64,000 nt of DNA from an uncultured virus (IMG/VR IMGVR_UViG_3300028840_008159) (lineage: Duplodnaviria; Heunggongvirae; Uroviricota; Caudoviricetes): the IMG/VR virus record IMGVR_UViG_3300028840_008159. One strand, written 5' to 3'. The notes under the pieces were generated by a model. The model saw nothing but the letters and a program-made list of their open reading frames with translations. It did no database searches and had not been told where the DNA came from. The translations under genes and the position numbers were made by a program. This document shows positions 1-10,800 of the stretch, one piece after another; within the stretch, counting starts at the first letter, position 1, and every line of letters starts with the position of its first letter.

Positions 1-159
1 CGTCTTCGAGGGGATCACCTTCCTCCAGTTCCACGCGAAGAAGCCGAGGGGGACCGACCAGAAGGTCCTCAAGTCTTCCGTCGACTGCCTTGACTTCCGA
101 TCGCAGGCCCGGCGCGCCTGCGAGAAGCTCTATTCCAGGCTCTTGGGAGGGCGCCTCTG

Positions 160-915
160 ATGTCCGTCATGAAAATCGTCGTCACCCCGTCCGGTCCCCG
201 CTGGGCCAGGAAGAGCGGCCTCTTCGGCAACGACAAACACCTCTGCAAGCATCCCTGGCCCCCCGAATGCTTTTGCCAGTGCGGAGAGAACGGGCTCGTC
301 CTTGGAAATCGAGGCTCCTCGGCCGAGGAGGCGTTCGGTCACATGGTCACTGGAACGAGCCCCGCCGGGTACCGGACGGCCTTCTTCGAGGCCTTCCCGC
401 CCATCGGTCCGTTCCGCCACAAGGACCCCGAGTTCCAGACGGACGGGTTGTTCATCCGTGGCGAGGGCAAGACGCTGCTCGAGGCCGAGGACGATTGCTG
501 GCGCAAGTTCAGGCTCTACTACGACTGCCTCCACCACGAGATCGTCCGGCACCCCAAGCGAACGGACGGCTGGGCCCGTTGCAAGAAATGCGGGATGACG
601 GGGTCGCTGCTGCCCCCTTCCACGAGGTGTTGCAAGTGCGACGCGCCGACCTACCATTACCGCGACGACGACAAGGGCGAGTGGTATTGCGAGGACTGCA
701 TGGAACTCGCCGAGGGACAGCCCTGCCACATCTGCGGGAAGTCCAACCCGCCGACCACCCTCATGGAACCCGCCTGGTCCAAGAACCTCCCGAGGCCGTC
801 CGAAGAGAAGCGCCCATACAGGGAGTTCCTCCACCCGGAATGCGAGGCTTCCGACGAGGACGGAAGACTCAGGACGAGACGCGCCTTCGACGAGCTTTTT
901 AGCGGAAGGAAATGA
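160..915 (+). CDS. Cys/His-rich hypothetical phage protein (several CxxC zinc-ribbon motifs)
   Basis: 251 aa ORF with CKKC, CCKC, CEDC, CHIC; typical GC3 codon use; stop overlaps next ATG. Confidence 0.75.
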   Translation: MSVMKIVVTPSGPRWARKSGLFGNDKHLCKHPWPPECFCQCGENGLVLGNRGSSAEEAFGHMVTGTSPAGYRTAFFEAFPPIGPFRHKDPEFQTDGLFIRGEGKTLLEAEDDCWRKFRLYYDCLHHEIVRHPKRTDGWARCKKCGMTGSLLPPSTRCCKCDAPTYHYRDDDKGEWYCEDCMELAEGQPCHICGKSNPPTTLMEPAWSKNLPRPSEEKRPYREFLHPECEASDEDGRLRTRRAFDELFSGRK

Positions 916-1307
916 GCATGTGGAACCAGCGCAAACAGAACGCCCAGCGAGGGGCCAAGGATCTCCAGAAGAAGCTGGGAGGCCGCCCATGGAAGACCCG
1001 GGTTTGGTTTAACATGGGCTGGCATTACTGCTGCTACCTCGCCGACGGGGAGATATCCGTCTACCCCGACGGCGACGGCAAGTTCCATTGCATGATCAAC
1101 GTCGATAGGGGGTTCGCCGGCGACTACAGGTGGAGCAAGCCACGACATTCCTACAAGGATCCGCGACTGGCCGTACGACGCACCGTCGAGGCCGCCGAGG
1201 AAGTCCTTTGCTTCGAGCTCACGAAGTTCAAGACGCTGCTTCACGATAATCGCAGGGTCGTCGACCCCATCCTCCGTAACAAGAAGCTCGCCACGAAGAA
1301 TACTTGA
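912..1307 (+). CDS. hypothetical phage protein
   Basis: 131 aa ORF, ATGA overlap with upstream gene, GGAAGGA RBS. Confidence 0.75.
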   Translation: MSMWNQRKQNAQRGAKDLQKKLGGRPWKTRVWFNMGWHYCCYLADGEISVYPDGDGKFHCMINVDRGFAGDYRWSKPRHSYKDPRLAVRRTVEAAEEVLCFELTKFKTLLHDNRRVVDPILRNKKLATKNT

Positions 1308-3422
1308 CGCTGCCCCTTATTTCAGGGAAGATCGCCCTCGAAAAGGGGGTGTTTCGTCATGAGCGTGGACTCAAGGGATCGTCCTGGCATGCTGAGCCCT
1401 GGGCCGGAAGGGATCCTCGACCCGGCGTCCGTCTTTCTCGGGGTCGTCAGCCGACCCGAGCGCGTCGTCCGTAGGGGAATGGGATGGAAGCTCATGGACA
1501 TCGCCTTCGCCAGGTGGCGGGAGGTGACGCTGCCGCTCAACGGTATCTTCCAGTATTCGGTATGGGCCGACGCCCACCCACGCGATCATGAGCCCGTCGG
1601 ATGGATGTCGTCACGTTGGGGGGTCGACCCCGTCGGTCATCCCGCCTGGCGAGTGGCCGACGGGGTCGCAGACGAGATAGTCGATGTCGATGAATGAGGA
1701 CCGAGTTGCGCGCATCGTGCCCGTGTTGCGTGATCGCACCGGCAGCGGCGTTGGAGGCCCCGGGGCTCGCGTCGCCGTCATGGTCTTGTTCAGGATACAT
1801 GAGGCTTGGTTCCCGCGTCGTAGATCGGTCATCCGATTGAAGGAGCTTGCCACCATCCTGGTCGCGGAGAGACTTGGGAATCCGTCATGAAGAGAATACC
1901 AACCGGGCGGCTGGAGGTGATCGTATGGTGGAGGATCCAGGAGAAGTGGAACAACATCCTGCACAAAACCTACGGAGGACCAGAAGAAGAAGTCTCCTTT
2001 TTCCTCGAGAGATTCTGGACCGATCACAGGCAGCCCTGGCGACCCGAGACGTGGGACGAGGGGAACTGGGGGCAGGCGTCGGCCGCGTGGAGGGAGACGC
2101 GTGACCCGTACCTGTCTCGCGTGAGGGCGCTCTGGCGCAGGAGGCCGAGGAGATGAGGAAGGCCATAACCATCCACGGAGACATCAGCGCGGCGTATCGG
2201 TTTGGCTCCCAATTCGTAAGGCCAGTCAGCAGGGACGGGGATGGTTGGATTGCCACGGAGAACGCCGACGAGGTTTGCTACGAGGTGTCGATGGGCCTCA
2301 CGATGAGCGGGAAGGAGCCCCGCGCCGTCGTTCGCTTGGAGTGGTGCTTCCCGAGGGAGGGCCGTTCCTGGCGATGGCTCCCCATCGGGGATTACTGGAT
2401 GACCAGCGGGAGGGTCGGGACCATTCGACTGCTACGAGGTGGAGGCGGGCCCGTCAACTGGAACTGGAAGGCCATTGGCATCCAATGGATGCCCGAGGGA
2501 TTGGCCGAGATGTCGAGAGGGTCAAATGAAGCCCATCAACCAGAAAATATTTACGATGATGTCCAGTTGCGGGGGTAGCCTCTCGCGTTCGCCTGCCTGC
2601 AACAATGTAGTGGCGAACGCCTTCGGGGCTTATCGGCTCGGTTTGGAGGAGCTCCACGTCATCGTCGCCTCCGACGTCCCAGGCGACCCACGGGAGACGT
2701 GGTCCCCCCAGGATGTCGCCACGTATCGATGGAGGTGGAACCCGTCGATCATCGTCACCAACTGGCGATCTCCACGAGGGCGGCTCAATGAATAGATTGC
2801 CTTGGGATGAATGCCTGAGCCTTCGCGTCAAGAGGATGGCGTCGAACAACATTTCAGAACTCGACGACAAGAGCGTCGATGAGATAAACCGGGCGTGGCA
2901 CCTGGTCCGCTGGACGCTCCCCTGGGTATCGTTCGTCCAGTACGATTCGTGGGACGCCATTCGGCATTCGGAGAACGAACATGACCCCCGTCAGGCATGG
3001 AGTAGACTTCTTTGACCTCGAGCGAAGGGCATGGGGGAACGTCGGCGTCCTCCGGGTCGGCGACGCCGGCGGCGGAATACTCGTTAGTTTGCAGAGACGA
3101 CGGCTGGCCGATCCCGGGGGCGTTGGAGTCCTCGGCCTCGAACCACCATGGATGGAACCCCTCAAGGGTAGTTGGCGCCGGGGTTGGTGGCCCGGCGACA
3201 AGTTCTTGAGGTTCCCGGGCGGGGCGACGGTCAGGACGACCAACGACGCCGGCGCCACTGACTGGACCGAGGTCGCTCGTCTTCGAAGGCGATGGGGAGC
3301 CCCGGGCGTCGTGATCAGGCATCACGACTCGCATGGCCTCGTCTACGAGGTCAGGCACGAGGACGGGACCGTCGGATGCTACGAGCAGGAGGAGCTCGTG
3401 TTGAGATGAAAGGAGAAGCGAG

Positions 3423-3713
3423 ATGCCGAGCTTGAAGGAGGTTTTCGAGGCCCTGACGGAGGAGAACGAATACAGCTCCTACTGGGACAAGATGCGAGAG
3501 GCGAAGGGCGAGCCCGAGTCCAAGATGGACCGAAACAAGCCGGTCGAGGCTTGGATCCTGTGGGCCGAGGAGGAGCTCGACAAAGCCAGGGAGGAGGCCT
3601 ACAAGGACGTCGACAAGACCAAGGCGCTTCATCATTGCAGGAAGGCCGCCAACCTGATGGTCTGCGCCCTCATGCACGTGGGATGCCCGCGACGGGAGAA
3701 AAGGAAGTCGTGA
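3423..3713 (+). CDS. small helical protein, possibly MazG-like fold
   Basis: AGGAG RBS; EEELDKAREE...CRKAANLMVCAL helical pattern; fold is inference. Confidence 0.55.
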   Translation: MPSLKEVFEALTEENEYSSYWDKMREAKGEPESKMDRNKPVEAWILWAEEELDKAREEAYKDVDKTKALHHCRKAANLMVCALMHVGCPRREKRKS

Positions 3714-4279
3714 GCGCCATCGAGATTCATCGAGCGGCTGGGCTTACTCGATCCTGATGTGATCCTGGGAGTCCAAGTCCCGCTGGACGTTATCGATGAT
3801 GTCGTCCGGGGCCGGCCATAACCCCTCGGGGTTATGGTTGCGGCGCAGGAACGCGACGAGCAGGAAGTTGGCGACCTCCTCCCCGTATTTCTCCCGTACC
3901 GTGTGGTAGCCGTTGATGCCGTCCGTCTCGATGATCTTGGCGGCGTGGTGATAACGGTCCATGTTACTCCGGTAGATCATGGGATGCCTCCTTGGAGATG
4001 ACAAAGCGCTCGACGATCATGTTAACCAACCTCTCCACGTCCTCGTCCGTCGCCTCCATCGAGGCCAGGACGAATATGTCGCCTTCCCCCTCGAACATGT
4101 GCCGCAACGAAGACTCGGCGCAAACCCAGTGGAACGAGAGGTCTCTCCCCACGAGGTTAAACACCGCCTGGGCGCCTATGTCGGCAGTCACGAACGAGGA
4201 AGGCGCCGGGAGAATGAACAACACGGGGGATTTGCCATCCATGGAAGCCCTCTTGACGACGATGTCATCGAATCTCCTC

Positions 4280-4735
4280 CTATCGCTCCAGCTTGTGAAT
4301 CGTCTCGTCCAGCTCCGGGAAGTCGCTCGGGTCGAGGCTCCCGGCGATGATCAGCTCCTCCTCCGTCATGGAATATTTTTTCCCGGCCGAGACGCATTCG
4401 GAATGGAACGCCATCCTCCAGTCCAGGTACGACTTCAGGGCCTCCCTCGTCGCGTCGAGAGCGCCCTCGATCGTCTTGTCCTTGGCCGTCCGGCAGTGCT
4501 CCCTAATCATCTCGGTCCGGAGGCCATCGTAGGGGTCGGTGTCCATGCGAGACACGATGACGACAACTGGACGGTCGTCCTCGTCCTCGAAACCCGAGAC
4601 CATTATCTCCAGCTTGCTGGCCATCAGGCGAAGGTAGACGAAGGCGTAGCTTCCGTTTGAGAACCATTCCGGCTTCAACCCTCGCCTCTTCAGCTCGTAG
4701 AAGAAGGTAGTCGCCTTCGCGTCGCACGTGCTCAT
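4280..4735 (-). CDS. hypothetical phage protein
   Basis: start re-picked at MSTCDAK, ATGA overlap with 4732-5391. Confidence 0.65.
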   Translation of the reverse strand: MSTCDAKATTFFYELKRRGLKPEWFSNGSYAFVYLRLMASKLEIMVSGFEDEDDRPVVVIVSRMDTDPYDGLRTEMIREHCRTAKDKTIEGALDATREALKSYLDWRMAFHSECVSAGKKYSMTEEELIIAGSLDPSDFPELDETIHKLER

Positions 4736-5391
4736 TCCTGGTCCCCCGGTCCGGCCCAGTAATTGACGTAACGCTTCAGGTCGTCCGACGTCCTCGGCTG
4801 GAAGTACGGGTTCCAGGGGCGAAGGATCATCGCGTACTTCCATCCGGGACGGTTGTCCAGGAAGTTGTCGTACTCGAAAAGGTTCGGCGGGTGGGGCTTG
4901 TCCAGCATGTTGATCGACTCGTCGTAGGCGAAATGCCAGATGATCCTCGTGCTGCCGGGCCACTCGGGGTTCATCATCCAGTAATGCGCGCTCACGTCCT
5001 TCAGGGGCGCGTCAAGCCAGTCGATCCCCTCCTCCAGCGGCCTGGGCCAGTAGATCGGGGTCCATAATATCTTCCGAACGAACTGGCTGAACGTCGGGGG
5101 ATGGATGCGATGGAAGCCAGAGATTTCCTCCAGGTGGTCGTAGAACTCCGTCCCCCGGTACTCGGCGAACGGCGCCGTGGGGAACTGGCTGTGCCTGCCG
5201 ACGAGCTTGATGACGTGGTCGACGCCCTTCTCGGCGTGTACCGTCAGGATGGTCCCCCGGATCGACGGCGCGGCCAGCCAGAAGTAGGCCAGCCCGCGGT
5301 CATCGTAGAAGTTGTCCAGGAAGCGGGGGCTGTCAACCACGTTATGCCAATGCATCCGGTAGAGCGGCTCGTCGTGGGCGTCCTTGTTCAT
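4732..5391 (-). CDS. hypothetical aromatic-rich protein
   Basis: 219 aa ORF in - block, GAGG RBS. Confidence 0.7.
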   Translation of the reverse strand: MNKDAHDEPLYRMHWHNVVDSPRFLDNFYDDRGLAYFWLAAPSIRGTILTVHAEKGVDHVIKLVGRHSQFPTAPFAEYRGTEFYDHLEEISGFHRIHPPTFSQFVRKILWTPIYWPRPLEEGIDWLDAPLKDVSAHYWMMNPEWPGSTRIIWHFAYDESINMLDKPHPPNLFEYDNFLDNRPGWKYAMILRPWNPYFQPRTSDDLKRYVNYWAGPGDQE

Positions 5392-5394
5392 CGC

Positions 5395-5793
5395 TTACCT
5401 CGCCTCATATACGGCGTCCACGTACGTCGCCTCGAACATCCAGTCGGGTTTGGGTCGCTTGATTTGCTTGCCGTCATGAGTGGGCCCATAATGTCCGTCC
5501 TTCTCGACGATTACGGCTCCCAAGCCGCCGTCGAAATCCCACCCGCCGTCCTTCATGCGGCTGGCCACCATGACTTCCTTCTGGATTCGTCCATCCCGGT
5601 CATAGTACGCGACCCAAACCTTGTTCTTGGCCTTGGCGGCCTCGTTGACCTCCTTGAACGTGAGTCTCTTTCCCATGGCGAGCCTGCGCCGCCGCTTGGC
5701 CTTCTTCAGCTCCTTTTCGACGTCCGGCGCGGCGGGTCCGAGGACCTCGTTCATCAAGCCCTGTAGTTTCTTGGTCATCGATTTTTCGGCCAT
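5395..5793 (-). CDS. hypothetical phage protein
   Basis: 132 aa ORF preceded by RBS and a - copy of the repeated element (5825-5844). Confidence 0.75.
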   Translation of the reverse strand: MAEKSMTKKLQGLMNEVLGPAAPDVEKELKKAKRRRRLAMGKRLTFKEVNEAAKAKNKVWVAYYDRDGRIQKEVMVASRMKDGGWDFDGGLGAVIVEKDGHYGPTHDGKQIKRPKPDWMFEATYVDAVYEAR

Positions 5794-5824
5794 TTCTCCG
5801 ACCCTCCTTGTCTGTTGCCGTGGC

Positions 5825-5859
5825 CGGGCCTTTCTTCCACCGGGTGAAAAGAAGGCCCG
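5825..5859. promoter_or_regulatory. overlapping divergent pair of the repeated element
   Basis: - copy CCCGG-TGGAA-GAAAGGCCCG (5825-5844) and + copy CCGGG-TGAAA-AGAAGGCCCG (5840-5859) at the -/+ gene divergence point. Confidence 0.75.
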
Positions 5860-5916
5860 GCCTGAGGTCTCGAGGAGGCAAGGTCATGCAAGTACTGAAA
5901 TCGGGACTCAGGGAAA

Positions 5917-6129
5917 ATGACGATGAAGAAGCCCATGGACGACGACCCTGTCAAGCTGCTCAAGACGGCCATCGACAGGCAATTCGAGACCTTCTTCGGA
6001 GCCCAGGAGGAGCGGCTCTCCGAGATGACCCTCAAGGAGGCCGTCCAGACCGCCTACCTGATGGGCGTCGTGGTCGGCCTCAAGGACAGCATCAAGTCAA
6101 TCGGGCAAATCTTCGGCGAGAAAGGCTAG
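5917..6129 (+). CDS. hypothetical protein
   Basis: 70 aa ORF with good codon bias. Confidence 0.6.
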   Translation: MTMKKPMDDDPVKLLKTAIDRQFETFFGAQEERLSEMTLKEAVQTAYLMGVVVGLKDSIKSIGQIFGEKG

Positions 6130-6187
6130 TAAAACGAAGGCCCGACGAGCGATAATCAAGGAGAACGACGATTCAAGGAGAACGACG

Positions 6188-6580
6188 ATGGGAAACAGGG
6201 CGGTCATTTGCTTCGACGAGTACAAGCCGGACAACGTCGGGATCTACCTCCACTGGAACGGGGGACGGGACTCCGTCGAGGCGTTCCTGGAGGCGGCCAA
6301 GAGGCTGAAAGTCCCGCTCGGAGACCCGGCCTACGCGCTCGCCAGGCTCGTCCAGGTGATCGGGAACTTTTTCGGCGGTACGACGAGCGTCGGGGTCGAG
6401 ACCCTCGCCAACCTGGACTGCGAAAACGGGGACAACGGCGTGTACGTCGTTGACTCGTCCACGTTCGAGATCAAGGAACGCAAGTTCTTCGACGGCGACG
6501 AGCAGGAGGGCCACGACCTCGACGAGATGGTCGAGAAGGTCGTGGAGGACAACCCCCAGTTCACGAGGGACGAGACATGA
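6188..6580 (+). CDS. hypothetical phage protein (MGNRAVI...GIYLHWNGG type)
   Basis: AAGGAG RBS, repeated element upstream; motif pattern recalled from large-phage hypotheticals, not searched. Confidence 0.8.
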   Translation: MGNRAVICFDEYKPDNVGIYLHWNGGRDSVEAFLEAAKRLKVPLGDPAYALARLVQVIGNFFGGTTSVGVETLANLDCENGDNGVYVVDSSTFEIKERKFFDGDEQEGHDLDEMVEKVVEDNPQFTRDET

Positions 6581-6870
6581 GCAAGCCCAAATGCCCCCAG
6601 TTGATCGAGTGCGGGGACCACAAGATGTCCCCCTTCTGCATCATCTGCGTCCACCTCATCGAAGGTTCCCCCCGTAAGGCTTTCGCGCTGCCCGCCAGCG
6701 AGGCGTCGCCGGAGGTCGATCACGACTGGGTTTGCGAGAAATGCGTCGCTACCATGGGCAAGCGCGGCGCCAAGGCCGTCCTGGACGACCTGCGCCCGGT
6801 CTGCATCCATTGCGCCCGGAAGGTCATCGACAGGCACGAGAAGGACATGAGCGTCATGGAGGAGGACTGA
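6577..6870 (+). CDS. Cys-rich zinc-binding hypothetical protein
   Basis: CGDH, CVH, CEKC, CIHC; ATGA overlap. Confidence 0.7.
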   Translation: MSKPKCPQLIECGDHKMSPFCIICVHLIEGSPRKAFALPASEASPEVDHDWVCEKCVATMGKRGAKAVLDDLRPVCIHCARKVIDRHEKDMSVMEED

Positions 6871-6871
6871 C

Positions 6872-7126
6872 ATGAAGGTCATCGTCGATTACGGCCTGGG
6901 CCAGGAGTTCAAGTTCGACACGCGCCGTCAGGCCTCCGAGTTCCTATACGAGTTCATGGAGAAGAACGGGCTCCCTAAATACGTCTACGAGCGCCCCGAG
7001 GACGAGGAGAAGGAGGGCGCGTCCCTCCGCTACCTGCAACTCAAGGTGACGGTGGGGGAGGGGGGCAAGAGGGAAGTCCTCGTCAAGAAGCTGCGCAAAC
7101 AGAAGCAGAAAGGGCGCAAGAAATGA
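6872..7126 (+). CDS. hypothetical protein
   Basis: GGAGG RBS, 84 aa. Confidence 0.7.
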   Translation: MKVIVDYGLGQEFKFDTRRQASEFLYEFMEKNGLPKYVYERPEDEEKEGASLRYLQLKVTVGEGGKREVLVKKLRKQKQKGRKK

Positions 7127-7319
7127 TGGACAGAACCCAGGCCATGCGACGCGCCAGGTCGTACAGCAAGCGACACCGTTGCGAGGTGCGCGTCGAGCAC
7201 GTCGTCAAGGGACGCGCCAAGGGCTGCTACGAGACCGTGGAAGACCCATCGTGCCCCCTTACATGGTGGGCCGACAGCGTCGTCGAGGTCGTTGCGATCT
7301 ACCGGCATGGGAGGAAGAT

Positions 7320-7598
7320 ATGAGCCACGTGATCATGCGCCAAGCCCACAGGGAATGCCTCGACCTTCTCATGCGCAAGAAGGGAGTCATGAACGAGAAC
7401 GGTTGCAGCCTCGGGAAATACCTGGAAGCCTTCGGGGAGGACGGCCTGAAGCTCTACGCTGTCCACCTGGCCGACCTGGCGTTCGCCTTCGGGCGCGTTC
7501 GATACTGGGAAGGGGAGGGGCCACGGCATCACGACGCCCCGGCCACCCGAGAGGACATCCAAAAAGCCATCGCGTTCGCTGAAGGAGGCGAGAAATGA
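7320..7598 (+). CDS. hypothetical protein
   Basis: start re-picked at MSHVIM (GGAGG RBS, ATGA overlap). Confidence 0.65.
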   Translation: MSHVIMRQAHRECLDLLMRKKGVMNENGCSLGKYLEAFGEDGLKLYAVHLADLAFAFGRVRYWEGEGPRHHDAPATREDIQKAIAFAEGGEK

Positions 7599-7907
7599 AG
7601 AAGCTGCCACTGTCAAAGGTAAGGCTCAAGCGCATCGACCTGTCCAAGGCCAAGGAACACGACCATCCCGACACGGGACGCAGTACCTGGCGAGGGCCGG
7701 GGACGGTTCCCCCAGTTGATCGTCGGGGAATTCAGCCGACAATGGTACGGCCTGAACTTCGACTGGTACTGGAACGCCGCCGCAGGCCTCCAGTTCGACG
7801 CCCCCGGATTCAACCAGTCCGGCTGGCTGGAGCTTTGGGAGATCCTCAGCTCTCGCCGTAATAGGCGACGCGAGGTTCCGTGGTCTCGGAAGCGGAAAAG
7901 AAAATGA
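7595..7907 (+). pseudogene. probably frameshifted hypothetical gene
   Basis: protein-like N-terminus (MKKLPLSK...HDHPD) in one frame and protein-like C-terminus (VGEFSRQWYGLNF...WLELWEI) in another without its own RBS; the second frame ends in ATGA overlap with the next gene. Confidence 0.4.
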
Positions 7908-8137
7908 TCTATCACCTGAACCCCCAGCGAAAACCGCCGCCATACCCGACCAGGAAGGTCGTCAAGTGGGAGTGGGTCGACGGGTACGGGTGGTGGATGG
8001 AGCTGGAATGCGGTCATCGCGCCGGACGCGCCTGCAACATATTGGTCGCAGACAAAGTACGGCCGACACGTTACCCTTGTACGAGCTGCCCGCGCTCGGG
8101 TGAAACGAAGGGCCGCCCCGCGAGCCGTTGAGAGGAG

Positions 8138-8590
8138 ATGACCATGAGCCGGAAATGGGAAACGAAATGCCATTCGTGTGACAACATGGGGATCGCGGCC
8201 ATCCTGAACACGCCCGGCCCCGGCGGGACCGTCGTTCGCAAGCCCGTCTGCGCCAACTGCTTCGTCATGGCCTCCATCAGGGGGAAGCTCGGCAAGCTCG
8301 TGGCCTCCGAAGGGCCATGCGTCATTTGCAAGGCGTTGGGCGGAAGCATCCCGTCGTTGAAGCATGGGGGCGCCGGGAAGATCGTCGAATACAAGTTCGA
8401 CTTCGCCAGGACCGAGATCGAGTACTCCTGCTGCGTCGAGCACATGAAGGCCATCGCCGACCTGAACCTCAGGCCAAACGAGGTCAAGGCGTTGCAGGGC
8501 TTGTTCGGGGTGACGTTCAACACCCACGACGACTTCTACGACGAGGACGGGAACGCCGTCCAGCCGAGGTCCAAGCGAAAGGGATCGTGA
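8138..8590 (+). CDS. Cys-rich hypothetical protein
   Basis: GAGGAG RBS; CHSC, CANC, CVIC; element at 8096. Confidence 0.75.
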   Translation: MTMSRKWETKCHSCDNMGIAAILNTPGPGGTVVRKPVCANCFVMASIRGKLGKLVASEGPCVICKALGGSIPSLKHGGAGKIVEYKFDFARTEIEYSCCVEHMKAIADLNLRPNEVKALQGLFGVTFNTHDDFYDEDGNAVQPRSKRKGS

Positions 8591-8591
8591 C

Positions 8592-9206
8592 ATGAAGAGG
8601 ACATGCCCCCACTGCAAGCAGATCGTCGAGGTCAGGGATGGCCTCTTCAAGTACCATGACTGGCCCCCGAACTGTCGGTCTTGCTGCCCCATGTCGAAGA
8701 AGCCGCCCAAGGAGACCGAGAGAACCCTCTGGTGCCTGGTCCAGGAGGACCCGGACCCGGATGATCGTGCGGAAGGATCCCTGGTCTTCAGGAACGAGAG
8801 CGGCGCCCGTAACGCCGACGACGTCCCGTGGCAGGTCATCGAGCAGTCCAGGCGGATCGGCGAGCGCAACGGGCTGGAGGTCGTCGACTGGGAGGTTTAC
8901 CAGGACCAGGTCATCGTCTACATGGACGGGCCTTTCGGGGAAATCGACATGACCGAGATCGCCGAAGAAGGACAGGGCCAGCAAAAGGGGGGAAATTCGA
9001 TGCGGATCGAGAAGACCGACAAGCATAGCCGGGTCCTGCTGGTCAAGGACATCCCGACCAAGCATGGCGAGCCTGGCGAGCCGGTGGAACTGGAGATCGT
9101 CATCAACTATACCGAGGACGGGGAAGCCGGGCGCGTTAACAAGGCGGTTTGTCTTGACGGCGTCGTCATCCCGGCAATCATCGAGAGGTTCAACGCCGGG
9201 GAATGA
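8592..9206 (+). CDS. hypothetical protein, possibly two fused genes (second start near 9000)
   Basis: 204 aa ORF with CPHC; internal purine-rich stretch before MRIEK. Confidence 0.6.
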   Translation: MKRTCPHCKQIVEVRDGLFKYHDWPPNCRSCCPMSKKPPKETERTLWCLVQEDPDPDDRAEGSLVFRNESGARNADDVPWQVIEQSRRIGERNGLEVVDWEVYQDQVIVYMDGPFGEIDMTEIAEEGQGQQKGGNSMRIEKTDKHSRVLLVKDIPTKHGEPGEPVELEIVINYTEDGEAGRVNKAVCLDGVVIPAIIERFNAGE

Positions 9207-9229
9207 CCCGTTTTTAACAGGAGGAAGCC

Positions 9230-9466
9230 ATGACGACGCTAGACCGTGACGAGAAGGCCGCCGGGTTCGCCGGGTTCGTCGTCGGGTTGATCCTGGCGGT
9301 CCTCTTTACTTCCTGGTTCTGGTGGATTAGCAATGCCCTCCTAAGTCGAGAGATCAGGGACATGAAGGCCACCGCCGTCGAGTACGGGTACGCCCAATGG
9401 GTCACCGGGAAGTCCAAGGAGCCGGAGTTCAAGTGGGTCGTCCCCCCCGAGGCCCAGGCGGAATGA
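9230..9466 (+). CDS. small single-pass membrane protein
   Basis: AGGAGG RBS; hydrophobic segment GFAGFVVGLILAVLFTSWFWWI. Confidence 0.75.
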   Translation: MTTLDRDEKAAGFAGFVVGLILAVLFTSWFWWISNALLSREIRDMKATAVEYGYAQWVTGKSKEPEFKWVVPPEAQAE

Positions 9467-9561
9467 AAATCCCAGGATCACTCGGCGGCCTGGGGGATCG
9501 AGCGTGGCAGGCCATCGCGTGAAAAGAAGGCCCGCCGTGGGGTTCGTTCGAGAGGAGAAGA

Positions 9562-9786
9562 ATGATGGCCATCCTGAATACCCCCACCAAGAAGGCATTC
9601 CGACGCGCCTCCCCGCAAAAATGGCACCTTCCGGGGACGGAGGGGAACTACGACGGGCTCGTCATGACCGCCTGCGGATTGATCCTGTACGACGGGGAGC
9701 GCGAGGAGATCGAGGTCGAGGCCATCCCGGCTCGGAGCATTTGCCAGAAATGCCTCGGCCCCTTGATCGCCACGGACGAGGAGTGA
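9562..9786 (+). CDS. small Zn-finger-like protein
   Basis: WH...TACG...CQKC; element at 9515, GAGGAG RBS. Confidence 0.7.
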   Translation: MMAILNTPTKKAFRRASPQKWHLPGTEGNYDGLVMTACGLILYDGEREEIEVEAIPARSICQKCLGPLIATDEE

Positions 9787-9790
9787 AACG

Positions 9791-10219
9791 ATGCCAAGCC
9801 TAACGAAAAAGATCCGTAGTATGCTTGGTTTGAAAGGAGCAAGACACATGGATAACTTCGTCGAAGCCATCAATGGCAGTTGGACCACACTCCACCGTCT
9901 TATTGTGGATACTCAAACAACCCCCTGCGGACTTAAATGGCATAAGAAAGGGAACAAAAGAAAAAAGTCAGTCGCCAGAAACGAAGTCTGGATTCCAAAC
10001 GCAGTCTACTTCGATGCCCCTAAGAAATGCAAAATCTGCTTCAAGAAAAAGAAACGGAAAATCCAAAGAAAGATAAAGATCCTCGACTGGGAAACGGACC
10101 GGAAGGGATTGCTACGGGAAAAAGCCGAGATTCTCGAGCCGGAGGTGAACAATGACCGATTACAGCAAGATCGAGGAATACGCTCGTCACGGAGGAGCCT
10201 ACGACAGGGGCGCGGCTGA
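9791..10219 (+). CDS. Lys-rich hypothetical protein, low GC
   Basis: H...TPCG...CKIC, resembling the upstream gene; AT-rich codons. Confidence 0.55.
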   Translation: MPSLTKKIRSMLGLKGARHMDNFVEAINGSWTTLHRLIVDTQTTPCGLKWHKKGNKRKKSVARNEVWIPNAVYFDAPKKCKICFKKKKRKIQRKIKILDWETDRKGLLREKAEILEPEVNNDRLQQDRGIRSSRRSLRQGRG

Positions 10220-10373
10220 TAGCTGGTATCGCCGTCCTCGCCGTCCTCACTATTTCGTCGGTGGAAGCTATACCAGCGAGGAAGTGACGGATTTGACCCC
10301 CGACGAGGTAGCCGCTTACCATCAGGGGTTTGAGGACAATGAGGCCAGCGGCGGCCACAAGGAATGGGACTGA
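10152..10373 (+). CDS. small phage protein (HGGAYDRGAADSWY type)
   Basis: GGAGG RBS; motif recalled from phage hypotheticals. Confidence 0.75.
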   Translation: MTDYSKIEEYARHGGAYDRGAADSWYRRPRRPHYFVGGSYTSEEVTDLTPDEVAAYHQGFEDNEASGGHKEWD

Positions 10374-10495
10374 TTGGCGTAGGAGGGCAAAGGAACAATG
10401 CGTCGAGAAGAGATGACCCGGAAGAAGATGCCCAAACAGAGAAAGGGTGATTCCGTGGTCGAGGAATAAAACATAACCGAGATGAGGTAAACGAC

Positions 10496-10729
10496 ATGAC
10501 CGACTCCATCCACCTACAAGGCATCGGGCGAGTCCCCGCCATCCCCGCTCGCGACCTGCGCCCCGGCATGCTGCTCTCCTGGAATTACTCCTGGCGAGCC
10601 TACAAGGTCGAGTCCGTCAAGGACGCCTCCCCCATGTTCATGGAGGTCGTCGAGACGAACGTCCAGACCGGCCGCCAGTCCAAACGCAGGCTCAAGAAGA
10701 ACAGGCTCGTCGCGGCCCACCAAGCCTGA
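10496..10729 (+). CDS. small SH3-like hypothetical protein
   Basis: ARDLRPGM pattern, GAGG RBS. Confidence 0.7.
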   Translation: MTDSIHLQGIGRVPAIPARDLRPGMLLSWNYSWRAYKVESVKDASPMFMEVVETNVQTGRQSKRRLKKNRLVAAHQA

Positions 10730-10745
10730 TCCCCCACCCAAGCCG

Positions 10746-10773
10746 TTGACAATCCAGCGTCCCAGGGTATCCT
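10746..10773 (+). promoter_or_regulatory. sigma70-type promoter
   Basis: TTGACA-N16-TATCCT, intergenic, 27 nt before ATG 10801. Confidence 0.7.
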
Positions 10774-10800
10774 TCGCATGAGAAGGGACGGGACGCGACC

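Noticed and set aside
1304..1332. TTGACG-N17-GAAGAT promoter before the 1359 block
   Set aside because: The -10 lacks the conserved first T; plausible but too weak to call
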